A stretch of DNA of 63,239 nucleotides, filler included, from Octopus bimaculoides (GCF_001194135.2; 5 parts of 5 records of this genome joined end to end with filler, not necessarily neighbours in it), one strand, 5' to 3'. Positions 49,605-62,189 are shown, counted from the first letter of the whole stretch. Translations and numbers: made by a program. Notes: generated from the sequence alone by a model not told the origin.

Positions 49605-52600
49605 GCCTTTGCACAGCTTATAACGCTGGAGAGTACTACAATGTCAGCTGTTCACTACCAGTGAACTAAGGTAACACCTCTTATTTTTCGAGCACCTTCC
49701 GGAGTATTCACGCAGCCCTAAGCAGTTCTGTTTTCTGCAAGTGCTCCACCCTTATTGCAGCCCCTATTTGTTCCACGTACTTCTCGAGATTTTTGCTCAC
49801 TGTTCCCAGGGATCCGACAATTATTGGTACTACTTCTATCTTTTTCACCGACCACAACTGCTTAACTTCCCAAGCTAACCTGTCATATCTCTCGACTTTT
49901 CTTTCTTCCTTATCGCATACCTTGTTGTCAGCTGGGCATGCTATATCTATGATCCAGCATAGTTTGTTTTCTTTCTTAATTAAGACTATGTCCGGCTTCC
50001 TATTCTCTATCTCATGGTCGCACTGAATCATAAAATCCCATAGGATCTTTGCATTTCTATTTTCGACGATATCTTCAGGATTGTGGTCGTACCAATTTTT
50101 TGCTCTGTCAAGTCCATACTTGTTGCAAAGTGTTCAATGGACAAACCTGGCTATATTGTCGTGGCGTCTCTTATATTCCTTCTGGGCTAGTGGCGTACAT
50201 TGGCTGGTAATGTGCCATACAGTTTCACCGTTTTGTCCACAGATTCTGTACTTATCACTTTCTGCTGTGTTGTCTATTCTGTATTTTATGTAGTTTGTTC
50301 TTAGTGCTTGCTCTTGAGCAGCACAGGTTAGAGCCTCCGATTCCGGTTTTAAATCACTTTTAGTCATCCACAACCATCTTTTTTCTCTGTCTGTCTTATC
50401 TTCAACATCCCTATGAAATTGACCATGCATTCTTTTCTTTACCTACCTATTTTCAGTTTTATTCGTTTTCAATTTCTTGTATAGTGCTTTATCTATGCAA
50501 TCCTTCATCCTACACAAGCCTGACCTTACTTCAAATGATATCGTTTTGTGGCATTTTTTCATACCATGTTATGTTGTTTTCTTCTGCTCTAATGCTGTGT
50601 TCGCATCCAGTAAGTCCTCTTCTCCCTCTTTTTCTTGGTACATACACTCTGACTGTGTCACTTTTGGGGTGGAGTGACCTATTTCTAGTTAGCAACTTCC
50701 ATGTCTTTCTGTCTAAGCTGTTTAGTTCGTCTACTGTCAATGCGATTACTTCTGCTCCATATCTAAGGAGTGAAACCGCCCAGGTGTTGATAGCTTCAAT
50801 CTTATTCCGTCCGTTTAATTTCGACTTAAGGATCAGTCTCAGTCTGTGCAATTACTCCACCTTAAATTTTTCTGTCATTTCTTTCTCCATCAATTTATCC
50901 ATTTCCAAAATCTTCAAGTGCTTATAGCCCGTCTCTTCTATCTGTTTCATAACCTCCCCCGGCGGTATCGCTTGCTCGTCCATACATTTGATCTTGCCTC
51001 TCTTCAATACTAACACACCACACTTTCTCAGTCCGAACTCCATTCTGATATCAGCACTGAAAGTATACACCGTATCAACAAAGGAACTGACTTGGGCTTC
51101 ATCTTTACCATAAAGTTTGAGGTCGTCCATGAATAACAAATGGTTGACTTTTTGTTGGCGGCTTTTGAATACTTAACCAGATTTTGCTTTCCTCAGAATC
51201 AGTGTTAGTGGTCAAGCACAGTACAAAGATCAATGGGGACAGGCAGTTCCCTTGGAAGATGCCTTTCCTGATTTCTACTGTCCCTAAACTTCTTCCATAT
51301 GCTATCAGTCCCGTCCTCCACTTCGCCATACTTTTTCCAAGTAATCGCTCAACATTCGATGCAATATCAAATAGGTTCATACATTCCATAATCCAAAAAT
51401 GTGGGATCATATCGTACGCCTTACGATAGTCGATCCATGACATGGCCAAGTTACTTTTCCTCCTCTTGCAGTCTCTAAGTACAGTTTTGTCTATTAGGAG
51501 TTGATCCTTGGTACTTCTACACTTGCGCTTGCAACCCCTCTACTCATGTAGCAGGACACCATTTTTTTCCAAATGTTCGTACATTGACTCTGCGAGTATT
51601 CCAGTTAATAATTTCCACATAAGTGGCAAGCAGGATATCGGCTTGTAATTGTCTACCGTATTACCTTTTTCGATGTTTTTCAAGCACAACACTGTCCTAC
51701 CCATTGTCAACCATTCTGGTGTTACTTGGTTGGCATTTAACAAGGCGTTGAGTTGCGCAGCTATTCGTGTATGACATTCCCCAAATCTTTTGATCCAGTA
51801 GCCTTGAACTCCATCTGGTCCCGGGGCCTTCCAGTTGCTCATTTTTTTGCTGATTTCCCGAACTGAAATGATTAGTTCTGCCTGTTTTGGACAGACTACT
51901 GTTTGTTTCAGTTCTTGCAACCATTCAGCATCCTTCCTGTGCTCCTTGTCTTTGCTCCAGATGTTACTCCAAAACCTTTGACTTTCGACGTTATCTGGTA
52001 TCAACTTTTCATCTGTACACTCTCCATTTATTTCTTTATAGAATCTCTTCTGATCTACTCTGAATAACTTATTCTGCTAGTATACCTTCATTCTTTGGTC
52101 GTATTTTATAATCTTTGCTTTCTTTGAAACGAGGCGCTGTTTCAATTCCTACACTACTACTTTCAGGCCCTTTCTTTCAATATTATACTTCCTTTTCAGC
52201 GCCCTGTATTTTTGTTCGCTTTTAAGCTCCCCTTTCTCTTTTCGGTTTAACACAGAGATTTCCTTTGAGAGCATGTCTAACCCTGCCTGGATTCTTCTTT
52301 TCCACCTTGGATCTTTTCTTTTATCACTCCCATTATATTTCTTTTTTTGACCTCAACAACCACGTTTTCTGCTACAACAATACTTGCTGCCTTGATCAGA
52401 TTATTTGTTTCTGTGATGTTGTTTGTTCTGATGTATTTCAGAATTTCATTGATATTGTTCATTTTTTGGTTCAATTTCCACCGATCAACCCTTTTAAGGT
52501 TGCAAATAATGTCGCTATCATTCTCCTGTAGTCTTACTTTCATTCTGTCGTAGATTGCCTTTTGTTCATCTGTCATGTCGCCATTAGTCTTCTTTTAAAT

Positions 52601-53200
52601 CATCTATATGTCTCTCATCAAGTAAACTACCATTGCTCCTTTCCTGTACTATGGGATTACTCTTATTAGTAAGAACTGTATTTTCATTGTTATCTCTGCT
52701 GCTATTTACCATGACCCGTCTTTTGATAGCTTCGAGCTCTACTGCTGTGAACGAACATTTTTTTTTTTTGCTCTAGCTTGATCACATAGTCTTTGTTCCG
52801 TAAGTTGAAACAATCCTCTTTCTCTCCATTGATCATACATACGTTGTCGGTAACCCCTAATTTGAGCACCATTTTCATCTACCGGGCTGCTCAGGTAGTA
52901 ACACTCCATGACCACAGCATTAATTTGCTTGCTCCATCTACGCCGTGTGTGGTGGTCTCTTTCTGGATATCGACAGGCTGGTGCAGTACCAGAATCTCTG
53001 AGCCTACCGGGTGTAACACTGTCACCATCATTGGCTTCAGTTTCATTACCACCGTTATTCACAATATTTTGTTTATTCATTGTCACTCATATGAGGTAGC
53101 GATTATCAGGTTGCGCAATTACCAGTGTTTCCATTGTGACACCATCACTAGATGTATCATTATTAATCAGCCCATGAGGCTCCACCCGTTTCCTTTCACT
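49605..53200 (-). mobile_element. Full-length R4/Dong-type RLE non-LTR retrotransposon, inactivated
   Basis: ORF start at 53086 with RRRWSKQ…MECYY…GYRQRM…TEQRLCDQAR. RT: [59 protein letters not shown]-terminus: MHGQF, AAQEQALRT, CCHC-like RICG…ETVWHI.SQC, RLE PDIVL…IDIACP…KVERY. (TAA)n at both ends. Confidence 0.95.
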
Positions 53201-53827
53201 AATATTATTATTATCATCACTGATATCATTGATATAATTGTTTTTATGTATAGTAGCAGCAGTGGTTGCAGCAACAGTAGTAGGGGTGGGAGTAGTGGTA
53301 AGGGTGGTAGTTAGGCCTCATAATATATTCACGAGAAATTGTAGATATTTCAGTCTTTATGGAATTGTAGAAGGAAGAGATGTTCACCTCGTTGGATTTT
53401 TGAATTTCTGAATTTCTTTTTCTTTTGGAATTTTTCTTTTCTTCTTAAAAGTTTTGCTGTGGTTTACAGTTTTTGTAGTTGTGCAGTATGTATATATTGA
53501 CAGGTGCTTCCTTAATTTTTTATCGTGCATTTAATTGTGTTGTTACAATAAAAGTCATGTTTACATATTCTGTTAGTCAGGAAAGAAGGGAAGACAAAAT
53601 GTTCACACAAAATTGGAGATATTAAAGTTTCTAAATTTTTTGAGGTGTTCGTTTGTATGTCCAAAGCTGTAGATATGTAAGTTCCTTAACTTATTTTGAG
53701 GGAAATTCAAAATACTCACAGGAAAATGTAGATATTCCAGTCTTTTAGAGTTATTTCTTTCAGTTGTCCTGCTGGGTTGTATTAGTGTCTCTGTGTCTTT
53801 TAATAGTAATAAAATATAATAGTAGTA

Positions 53828-53905
<78 letters not shown>

Positions 53906-53907
53906 TA

Positions 53908-54414
53908 AAGACGGTGCAAGCATATCCCAGAAACGGTCCAAAAAAACGACAAACCAACCAAACTGAGATATACCAAGACACACAAATAGAGAGATGAAGG
54001 CTAATAGAATGAATACAGTTCTCAGAGACCACCACGAAAATAATATCTTCTAATTGATGTATCAATTCTAATAGATGACAATATATCCCTAAAGAAAACG
54101 GAGAAACTCTAGAATTACAAAGATCTGGAAATAGAGATAACCTGAATGTGGTGCCTAAATAAAGAAACAATCCCTATAATAATAGATGTATTAAGTATGA
54201 TTTTTTTTAAAAATCAGACAAATACATAACCAAAACCCCAGAAGTTAAGAATATATATAACATTCCGAAAATAGCAGTGCTGGGCACTGCACACATCCAA
54301 CGTAGAACACTTTCACTAAAACCATAGCAAACATCAAAACAAACCAGAGCACATACCTAAAGCAGAGTTGCAATCGGTAGTACAGTAAAAGCACGATAAC
54401 AGTAAGACTACTGA

Positions 54415-54415
<1 letters not shown>
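53908..54415 (+). mobile_element. R4/Dong-type LINE family 2, 5'-truncated copy between two (TAA)n tracts
   Basis: Decayed homolog of 57913-58033 plus 56076-56390 (RLE domain and 3' UTR). Confidence 0.8.
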
Positions 54416-54482
<67 letters not shown>

Positions 54483-54574
54483 TCTTTCTACTTGAGCACA
54501 AGGCCTCACATTTGGTGGAAGGGATTAAGTCGATTACCTCGACCCTAGTGCGTAACTGGTACTTATTTAATCTG

Positions 54575-55508
54575 GGTGGTTTCACTCCTTAGATATGAGC
54601 AGGGGTAATCGCATGAACAGTAGACGAACTAAACAGCTTAGACAGAAAGACATGGAAGTTGCTAACTAGATATGGGTCACTCCACCCCAAAAGTGACACA
54701 GACAGAGTGTATGTATCAAGAAAAAGAGGGGGAAGAGGACTTATTGGATGCGAACACAGCATTAGAGAAGAAGAAAACAACATAGCATGTAAAAAATGCC
54801 ACAGAACCGCTATTATTAGAAGTATGTCAGGCTTGTGTAGGATGAAGGATTGCATAGATAAAGCACTATACAAGAAATTGAAAACGAATAAAATTGAAAA
54901 TAGGTAGGTAAAGAAAAGAATGCATGGTCAATTTCATAGAGATGTTAAAGATAAGACAGACAGAGAAAAAAGATGGTTGTGGATGACTAAAAGTGATTTA
55001 AAACCGGAAACGGAGGCTCTGATCTGTGCTGCCCAAGAGCAAGCACTAAGAACAAACTACATAAAATACAGAATAGACAACACAGCAGAAAGTAATAAGT
55101 GCAGAATCTGCGGCCAAATGGTGAAACCGTATGGCATATTACCAGCCAATGTACGCCACTAACCCAGAAGGAATATAACCCAGAAACATAGTCTTAATTA
55201 AGAAAGAAAACAAACTATGCTGGATCATAGATATAGCATACCCAGCTGACAACAAGGTATGCGATAAGGAAGAAAGAAAAGTCGAGAGATATGACAGGTT
55301 AGCTTGGGAAGTTAAGCAGTTGTGGTCGGTGAAAAAGATAGAAGGGGCTGCAATAATGGTGGAGCACTTGCAGAAAACAGAACTGCTTAGGGCTGCGTGA
55401 ATACTCCGGAAGGTGCTCGAAAAATAAGAGGTGTTACCTTAGTTCACTGGTAGTGAACAGCTGACATTGTAGTACTCTCCAGCGTTATAAGCTGTGCAAA
55501 GGCAATAA
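54575..55508 (+). mobile_element. Second, 5'-truncated and internally deleted copy of the 49605-53200 element (opposite orientation)
   Basis: LHPKSDTDRVYV, MHGQFHRD…DLKPETEALICAAQEQALRTNYIK, and the same 3' end ATAAGCTGTGCAAAGGCAATAA. Confidence 0.92.
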
Positions 55509-56075
55509 NNNNNNNNNNNNNNNNNNNNNNNNNNNNNNNNNNNNNNNNNNNNNNNNNNNNNNNNNNNNNNNNNNNNNNNNNNNNNNNNNNNNNNNNNNNN
55601 NNNNNNNNNNNNNNNNNNNNNNNNNNNNNNNNNNNNNNNNNNNNNNNNNNNNNNNNNNNNNNNNNNNNNNNNNNNNNNNNNNNNNNNNNNNNNNNNNNNN
55701 NNNNNNNNNNNNNNNNNNNNNNNNNNNNNNNNNNNNNNNNNNNNNNNNNNNNNNNNNNNNNNNNNNNNNNNNNNNNNNNNNNNNNNNNNNNNNNNNNNNN
55801 NNNNNNNNNNNNNNNNNNNNNNNNNNNNNNNNNNNNNNNNNNNNNNNNNNNNNNNNNNNNNNNNNNNNNNNNNNNNNNNNNNNNNNNNNNNNNNNNNNNN
55901 NNNNNNNNNNNNNNNNNNNNNNNNNNNNNNNNNNNNNNNNNNNNNNNNNNNNNNNNNNNNNNNNNNNNNNNNNNNNNNNNNNNNNNNNNNNNNNNNNNNN
56001 NNNNNNNNNNNNNNNNNNNNNNNNNNNNNNNNNNNNNNNNNNNNNNNNNNNNNNNNNNNNNNNNNNNNNNNNNNN

Positions 56076-56390
56076 TTTCAAAATACAAAGACCTGGAAAT
56101 AGAGATAACTCGAATGTGGAATCTAAAAACAGAAACAATTCCTATCATAGTAGGTGCCTTAGGTATAATAAAAAAATATTCAGACAAATACATAACAAAA
56201 ACACCAGGACTTACAAATATATATAACATACAGAAAATTGCACTACTGGGTACTGCACACATTCTACGCAAAACACTTTCAATACAGTAAACATAAGAGC
56301 ACCACAGCAAACCACAGCACATACCCAAGGCGCACAGAGCTGCGCTCGGTAGTGAAGTGAAAGCACGTTATAAAAATAAAACTACTGAAT
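56076..56390 (+). mobile_element. R4/Dong-type LINE family 2, young 3' end
   Basis: Open frame SKYKDLEIEITRMWNLKTETIPIIVGALGIIKK…KIALLGTAHILRKTLSIQ*, then 3' UTR and (TAA)n. Confidence 0.9.
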
Positions 56391-56407
56391 AATAATAATA
56401 ATAATAA

Positions 56408-56612
56408 TCCTTTCTACTATTGGCACAAAGTCTGAAGGGCTAGTCGATGACATCGACTTCAATGTCCAACTGGTACTTATTTTATCGATCTCGAAATGAT
56501 TAAAGGCGAAGTCGACCCCGGTGGCATTCAAACTCTGAACGTAAGGAGCCAGAAGAAATAAATACTGCAAAGCATTTAGCCCGGCGCGCTTACGATTCTT
56601 CCGGTTCGCCGC
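56408..56612 (-). mobile_element. SINE family B
   Basis: Reverse complement of GGCGGCGAACCGGAAGAATCG…GAGTTTGAATGCC; its tail abuts the R4-type (TAA)n. Confidence 0.8.
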
Positions 56613-57319
56613 CTTATTAATAATAATGCCATAAAAATGCAACTCATAAAGGCCTAAATTAAATGTATGCAGCAGTTGATAAATATATTTCAAAAATAAC
56701 TGAACAAGAAAATAACAACTAACTCATTTGAATAGATGAAAGAAAATAAATTTAAATAGAGGACAGAAAAATCAAGTGTGTTTATAGTAATTTATGGTAA
56801 TTTCTTTATTATTAAATGTAACTTTTGTTACTTTCGAATAAAAAATTCTTAACGCAAGGACGAATCTGAGTTTTCCCGGAGAGGTGAGTGCAAAATAATT
56901 ATGCTTGCTTCTATAGATTTATGATGTCTACTGTCGACATAATAGTCGCCATATAAATACACCCCACCACACACTTTCTGTCTATCTTTCATTCTTTCTT
57001 GCTTTCTCTGTGTGTGTGCGTGTGTGTGTGTGCGTGTGTGTGTGTGTGCGTGTGTGTGTGTGTGCGTGNNNNNNNNNNNNNNNNNNNNNNNNNNNNNNNN
57101 NNNNNNNNNNNNTTAATTAATTAANNNNNNNNNNNNNNNNNNNNNNNNNNNNNNNNNNNNNNNNNNNNATTTTATTGTGTTAATACTTTCTAGAATATGA
57201 ACATATTGGTCACACCATTAAACATAGGTCTGTTGTTCATGGAGTGGGTATCACAATCCTAAACATAGAAATAAATTTGTTCCGCCAAACATAATTTCTA
57301 CATATGAATTAATGTTGAT

Positions 57320-57857
57320 ATGTCGAACAGCTGCTGTCGCGTGTAGAACGGATCCGGCTATCGGCTGAGTTCATAGTGAAATTGACCCGCCATCTTCCTG
57401 TCTTGTAGCAGTAGTGAAAGACATTGTATGGCGGACCAGGTTGAATAAACTGAAGACAGATACCTTCGTATTCGGCCATTCCTTCATCAACTTTTTCAAA
57501 TTTCACTTGGAAAGAAAAATGAGGGTGGAGAGTTTGGGTGAATGTAGGGAAAATGGTTCGTATGAGTGGACCTACTCTATTAATGCGCCTGTTGGCTGGT
57601 GAATTTGAGGAGGAGAGGTGTAACCTTCCCGAATACCCTCGAAGCGTCGGGTGGTTCAGGATTGGTGGGGCACCTGAACCAAACCTGTGTGGCCATTCAC
57701 ACTATTGGGAAAATGTCATTGTTATATATTTTTCGTGTTTAATGTTTTTTGTTATTGTTTTCCTAACTGTTCACTCGTTGCTTTGTGTAAAACCCCCGCT
57801 GTCCCCGTCTACAGTACTGTACCCTATATGTCAGCCCTAGTGACCAATAAATAATAA

Positions 57858-57860
<3 letters not shown>
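57320..57860 (+). mobile_element. L1/Tx1-like LINE 3' end
   Basis: YVEQLLSRVERIRLSAEFIV…LVAVVKDIVWRTRL…INFFKFHLERKMRVE, then 3' UTR and AATAAA/(TAA)n tail. Clade assigned by resemblance. Confidence 0.5.
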
Positions 57861-57912
<52 letters not shown>

Positions 57913-57916
<4 letters not shown>

Positions 57917-58033
57917 CCATACTCTGGGATATGCCAATACACACAGATAGAGAAATTAAGGTAAATAGACCAGATATAGTTGTCAAAGATCATGAAGAAA
58001 AAAAAATGCTTTCTAATTGATGTATCAATACCA
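57913..58033 (+). mobile_element. R4/Dong-type LINE family 2, RLE domain fragment
   Basis: TILWDMPIHTDREIKVNRPDIVVKDHEEKKCFLIDVSIP (PD..D motif). Starts directly after (TAA)n and runs into a gap. Confidence 0.88.
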
Positions 58034-58523
58034 NNNNNNNNNNNNNNNNNNNNNNNNNNNNNNNNNNNNNNNNNNNNNNNNNNNNNNNNNNNNNNNNNNN
58101 NNNNNNNNNNNNNNNNNNNNNNNNNNNNNNNNNNNNNNNNNNNNNNNNNNNNNNNNNNNNNNNNNNNNNNNNNNNNNNNNNNNNNNNNNNNNNNNNNNNN
58201 NNNNNNNNNNNNNNNNNNNNNNNNNNNNNNNNNNNNNNNNNNNNNNNNNNNNNNNNNNNNNNNNNNNNNNNNNNNNNNNNNNNNNNNNNNNNNNNNNNNN
58301 NNNNNNNNNNNNNNNNNNNNNNNNNNNNNNNNNNNNNNNNNNNNNNNNNNNNNNNNNNNNNNNNNNNNNNNNNNNNNNNNNNNNNNNNNNNNNNNNNNNN
58401 NNNNNNNNNNNNNNNNNNNNNNNNNNNNNNNNNNNNNNNNNNNNNNNNNNNNNNNNNNNNNNNNNNNNNNNNNNNNNNNNNNNNNNNNNNNNNNNNNNNN
58501 NNNNNNNNNNNNNNNNAATGATG

Positions 58524-58627
<104 letters not shown>

Positions 58628-58639
58628 AAGAAGAAGAAG

Positions 58640-59405
58640 AAGAAGAAGAAGAAGAATTGAGTGAGAGAGCAGTGCATGCCATCAAAGTGACTGGGGTAAA
58701 ATATACGGAGCTCACTATATCCATCATGACTCCCGTCTGATAAGGGTACACCAGGTACATGCATCACAACCATATGTGCGGGACATGGCGATCTCATATC
58801 ACGATAAACAGCGCATGACCTTGCATGTGGGGCCTAGTTAGAATTTTCTTCGGGTTCAATAGCCTATCTCGATCAAAAGGTCCCTTAATAAGGGTTGTTT
58901 AGGGATGTTAAGTGAAATATCCATGTTTCCAAAGGTGTACTATCCAGTTCTTTATTTAAGAGATGAGAAATTATGTATATTATTTATATTATTTACATTT
59001 ACGGATATTTGTCCTCATCTTGTTCGTTGTTAACACAACGTTTCGGCTGATATACTCTCCAGCCTTCATCAGGTGTCTAGGAGAGTATCTCAGCTAAAAT
59101 GTTGTGTTAACAACAAACAAAATGAGGACAAATAATGTAAATAATGGGAATTATCTGAACCCCAAAGAATTCCTCTCAACACATGGCTATGATGCTCCCA
59201 CACTAGTTCTGCTCGTGATCAGAGATGCACATATCGTCAGCCACTATGGGACATGCCCAACTGGTTAGGTCAAACAACTTACAAGCAAATCTGTGGTACT
59301 GTAGCCCATCTTTTTTTTTCAAGAAATAATAATGCACAAGATAACGCTTCCAATCAGTTAAGATTCAGAAGCCATGAGAACCACTGCCCGTTACTGCATC
59401 AGGGC
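58640..59405. mobile_element. Unclassified interspersed repeat flanked by (TAA)n(GAA)n and (ATT)n, interrupted at about 58940-59147
   Basis: Complex non-coding sequence bounded by trinucleotide tracts; contains an inserted inverted pair of Penelope-type tails. Confidence 0.45.
59032..59077 (-). ncRNA. Minimal type-I hammerhead ribozyme motif (Penelope-type tail)
   Basis: Minus strand GACAC-CUGAUGA-A-GGCUG-GAGAGUAUAU-CAGCC-GAAA-C-GUU-GUGUU; same family as 19590-19635. Confidence 0.7.
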
Positions 59406-59413
59406 ATTTATTA

Positions 59414-59474
<61 letters not shown>

Positions 59475-59491
59475 CATTATTATTATTATTA

Positions 59492-59546
<55 letters not shown>

Positions 59547-59879
59547 NNNNNNNNNNNNNNNNNNNNNNNNNNNNNNNNNNNNNNNNNNNNTTAATTAATT
59601 AANNNNNNNNNNNNNNNNNNNNNNNNNNNNNNNNNNNNNNNNNNNNTATATATATATATATACGTGTGTGTATGTATGTATATATATGTATGTATGTATA
59701 TATATACATATATGAGTCTATTTATGTATGTATAAATGAGTGGAAGAGCGTGTGGGTGTTTATAAGTTTCTGGGTCACTGTGTATGTGTGTGCGAGTTTG
59801 TATATAATTGTGCGTGTGATTTTGTTTGTGAATGTATAATATCCATACCAATAAATAACACATAATACCCCACACGCTC

Positions 59880-59915
<36 letters not shown>

Positions 59916-60287
59916 ACACACACACACACACACACACAGAGACACGTACACACACACTCATGCGTATGTGTAAAGGAAATACGCTTGCACCTATGTAGAT
60001 GCACACATACACATACATGTATGTATGTATGTATTTACACACATATATAAATAAGTTCAAGCATAACATAGATACCTACATATATACGCACACATATATC
60101 TATACACGTACACATACGCACACATGCATGCACAAACACGCACACATGCATGTGTGCGTGTTTGTGTATGTGTACACGACGTATATGTTAGTGCCCGCGC
60201 ACGCGCGCACGTACACACAAATACACACGCACACACACACACCACGAACTTACACACGTCCTCATACACGCACATCCTTGTGTGTAA

Positions 60288-60320
<33 letters not shown>

Positions 60321-60698
60321 CAGATCTAACCCGTTTTATCCTATAAAGGTTTATTTATCGGAAATAAGCGGGATTAACGTTAAACTCGGCTTTGAAGAAA
60401 CATGGACGTCAGGGGGTTAGAATGTGACGGGAAGGCGAGAGAATGAAGAAGGGGCTGGAGGTGATGGTGCGAGGATAAGTAGTGAAAGTGGTGGTAGGAG
60501 GCGAAGTGTAGAAGAGCAGTTAGAAGGGCAGAGGAAAGGGGGGTAGTGTGGTGATGATAAGCGTTGTAGTCGGGGGTGGGGGAGAGAAATGGACAGATGA
60601 AGACAAGGTCTGTAAATATATGAATACGCAAGTTTACATACATATATGCACACATATATGCATATGCTTAAGTATGTATACATATATGTGTGTGTGTG

Positions 60699-60762
<64 letters not shown>

Positions 60763-60845
60763 TACATATGTTTGTATGTATATATATGCATATATTAAAG
60801 CATATATTTGCATATGTAGATGTATGCGTATATAGTATATAGTCG

Positions 60846-60980
60846 CGGGTGTGTGGTAAGAAAATTGATTCCCATCCACGTGGTTCCGGATTCAGCCCCA
60901 CTGCGAGGCAACTATAACTTTGGGCCGACCAAAGCCTTGTGTGTGGATTTGGTAGACGGAAACTGAAAGAAGCGTGTCGT
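60846..60980 (+). mobile_element. SINE family A, 5' half with deletion
   Basis: GTGTGGTAAG…GGTTCCGGATTCAGCCCCACTGC…AAAGCCTTGTG…GGAAACTGAAAGAAGC. Confidence 0.85.
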
Positions 60981-62189
60981 ATATATATATATGTATCCAT
61001 CTCTCCTTCACTCCCTCTCTCTTTTTCCCTCTCTCTCCCTCTCTCTCTCTCTCTACACACATATATATATGTGTGTATGTATATATATATATATGTGTGT
61101 GTGTGTGTGGGTGTCTCTATATGTACACGCAAGCACACAAACACACACACACACACGTACACGAACGCACACATACTCGTACACACACGCTGTGCGCGCA
61201 CGCTCACGCACACACGCAAACATATGCAAGCACACACACGCATTATATGTAGCTTATTCTATTATACAGATACACGCCCACGGAAATATTTTCTGTCGTC
61301 CTTATCGTTGTTACATACATAATCAATGTCACTGTATTCCCTCTGCTTCCATATATACTGCTCCCTTCTAAGTCTTGCCAATAAACCCGAAGAAGCTCCA
61401 CTGATGAGATCAAACATGGGTGAAACATGTCTGTTACTTACATCAGGTGGTTTTAAAAGCAAAATGCTCTCCTAACTTCATTGATTTTTTTTTATTTTAC
61501 AAAACGATAATAATATAAAACAATAAATAAATAAGATTGAATTAGTTATTACTGGAGTTATTTCCGCCAGTTGTTGATTTTGTAAAGTAAACCCAGAAAC
61601 GAAAACGTATTTTTATCCATAGGTCTAATCCTAGAAGGATTAGACTTATCCTAGTGTTTCAACTCAGTATATTAGAAGAATTTTTTGAAGAAGATTAGCA
61701 ATAGTCCATGCATGCAAATCTCCCTCTTCTTCACACCCCGATGATAATCCAACGGAAAAGGCCTTCGATTTAATCGTTTTGTTACCGCAATTCTGTCGAA
61801 GCACACTGACTATGCATCAATTAATTTGGAAAATAATCAGGAATTTAGCAATATAACTTTGTCATTATTACACTGGTTTTGGTTATAAATTAACATGAAG
61901 TTTTGAGGGAACATTTCAATTTAAAGTATGAAGTCTGTACCAGAGAATGCAGGAGCAATTTTGGGCCCGTCATCAGCCCGTTATGGATTGGTACCAGTGT
62001 CGTTGCAGCCATTTCGGTCAGAACACAAAGAGTCGGATCAAATACCACGAGATACTTTTCCCTTGCCTCTCACAGTTCCACCACATTACCATTCTGGATT
62101 GGTATTTTTATAACGACCCCAAAAGGGATGAAACGCAAACTAAACTTGAATCGGATTTGAACCCATATTTATCAGCATTTCGTTTATCT

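Noticed and set aside
56855-56890. Perfect donor AG|GTGAGT suggesting a micro-exon
   Set aside because: About one such 8-mer is expected by chance in a window of this size, and the upstream acceptor is weak.
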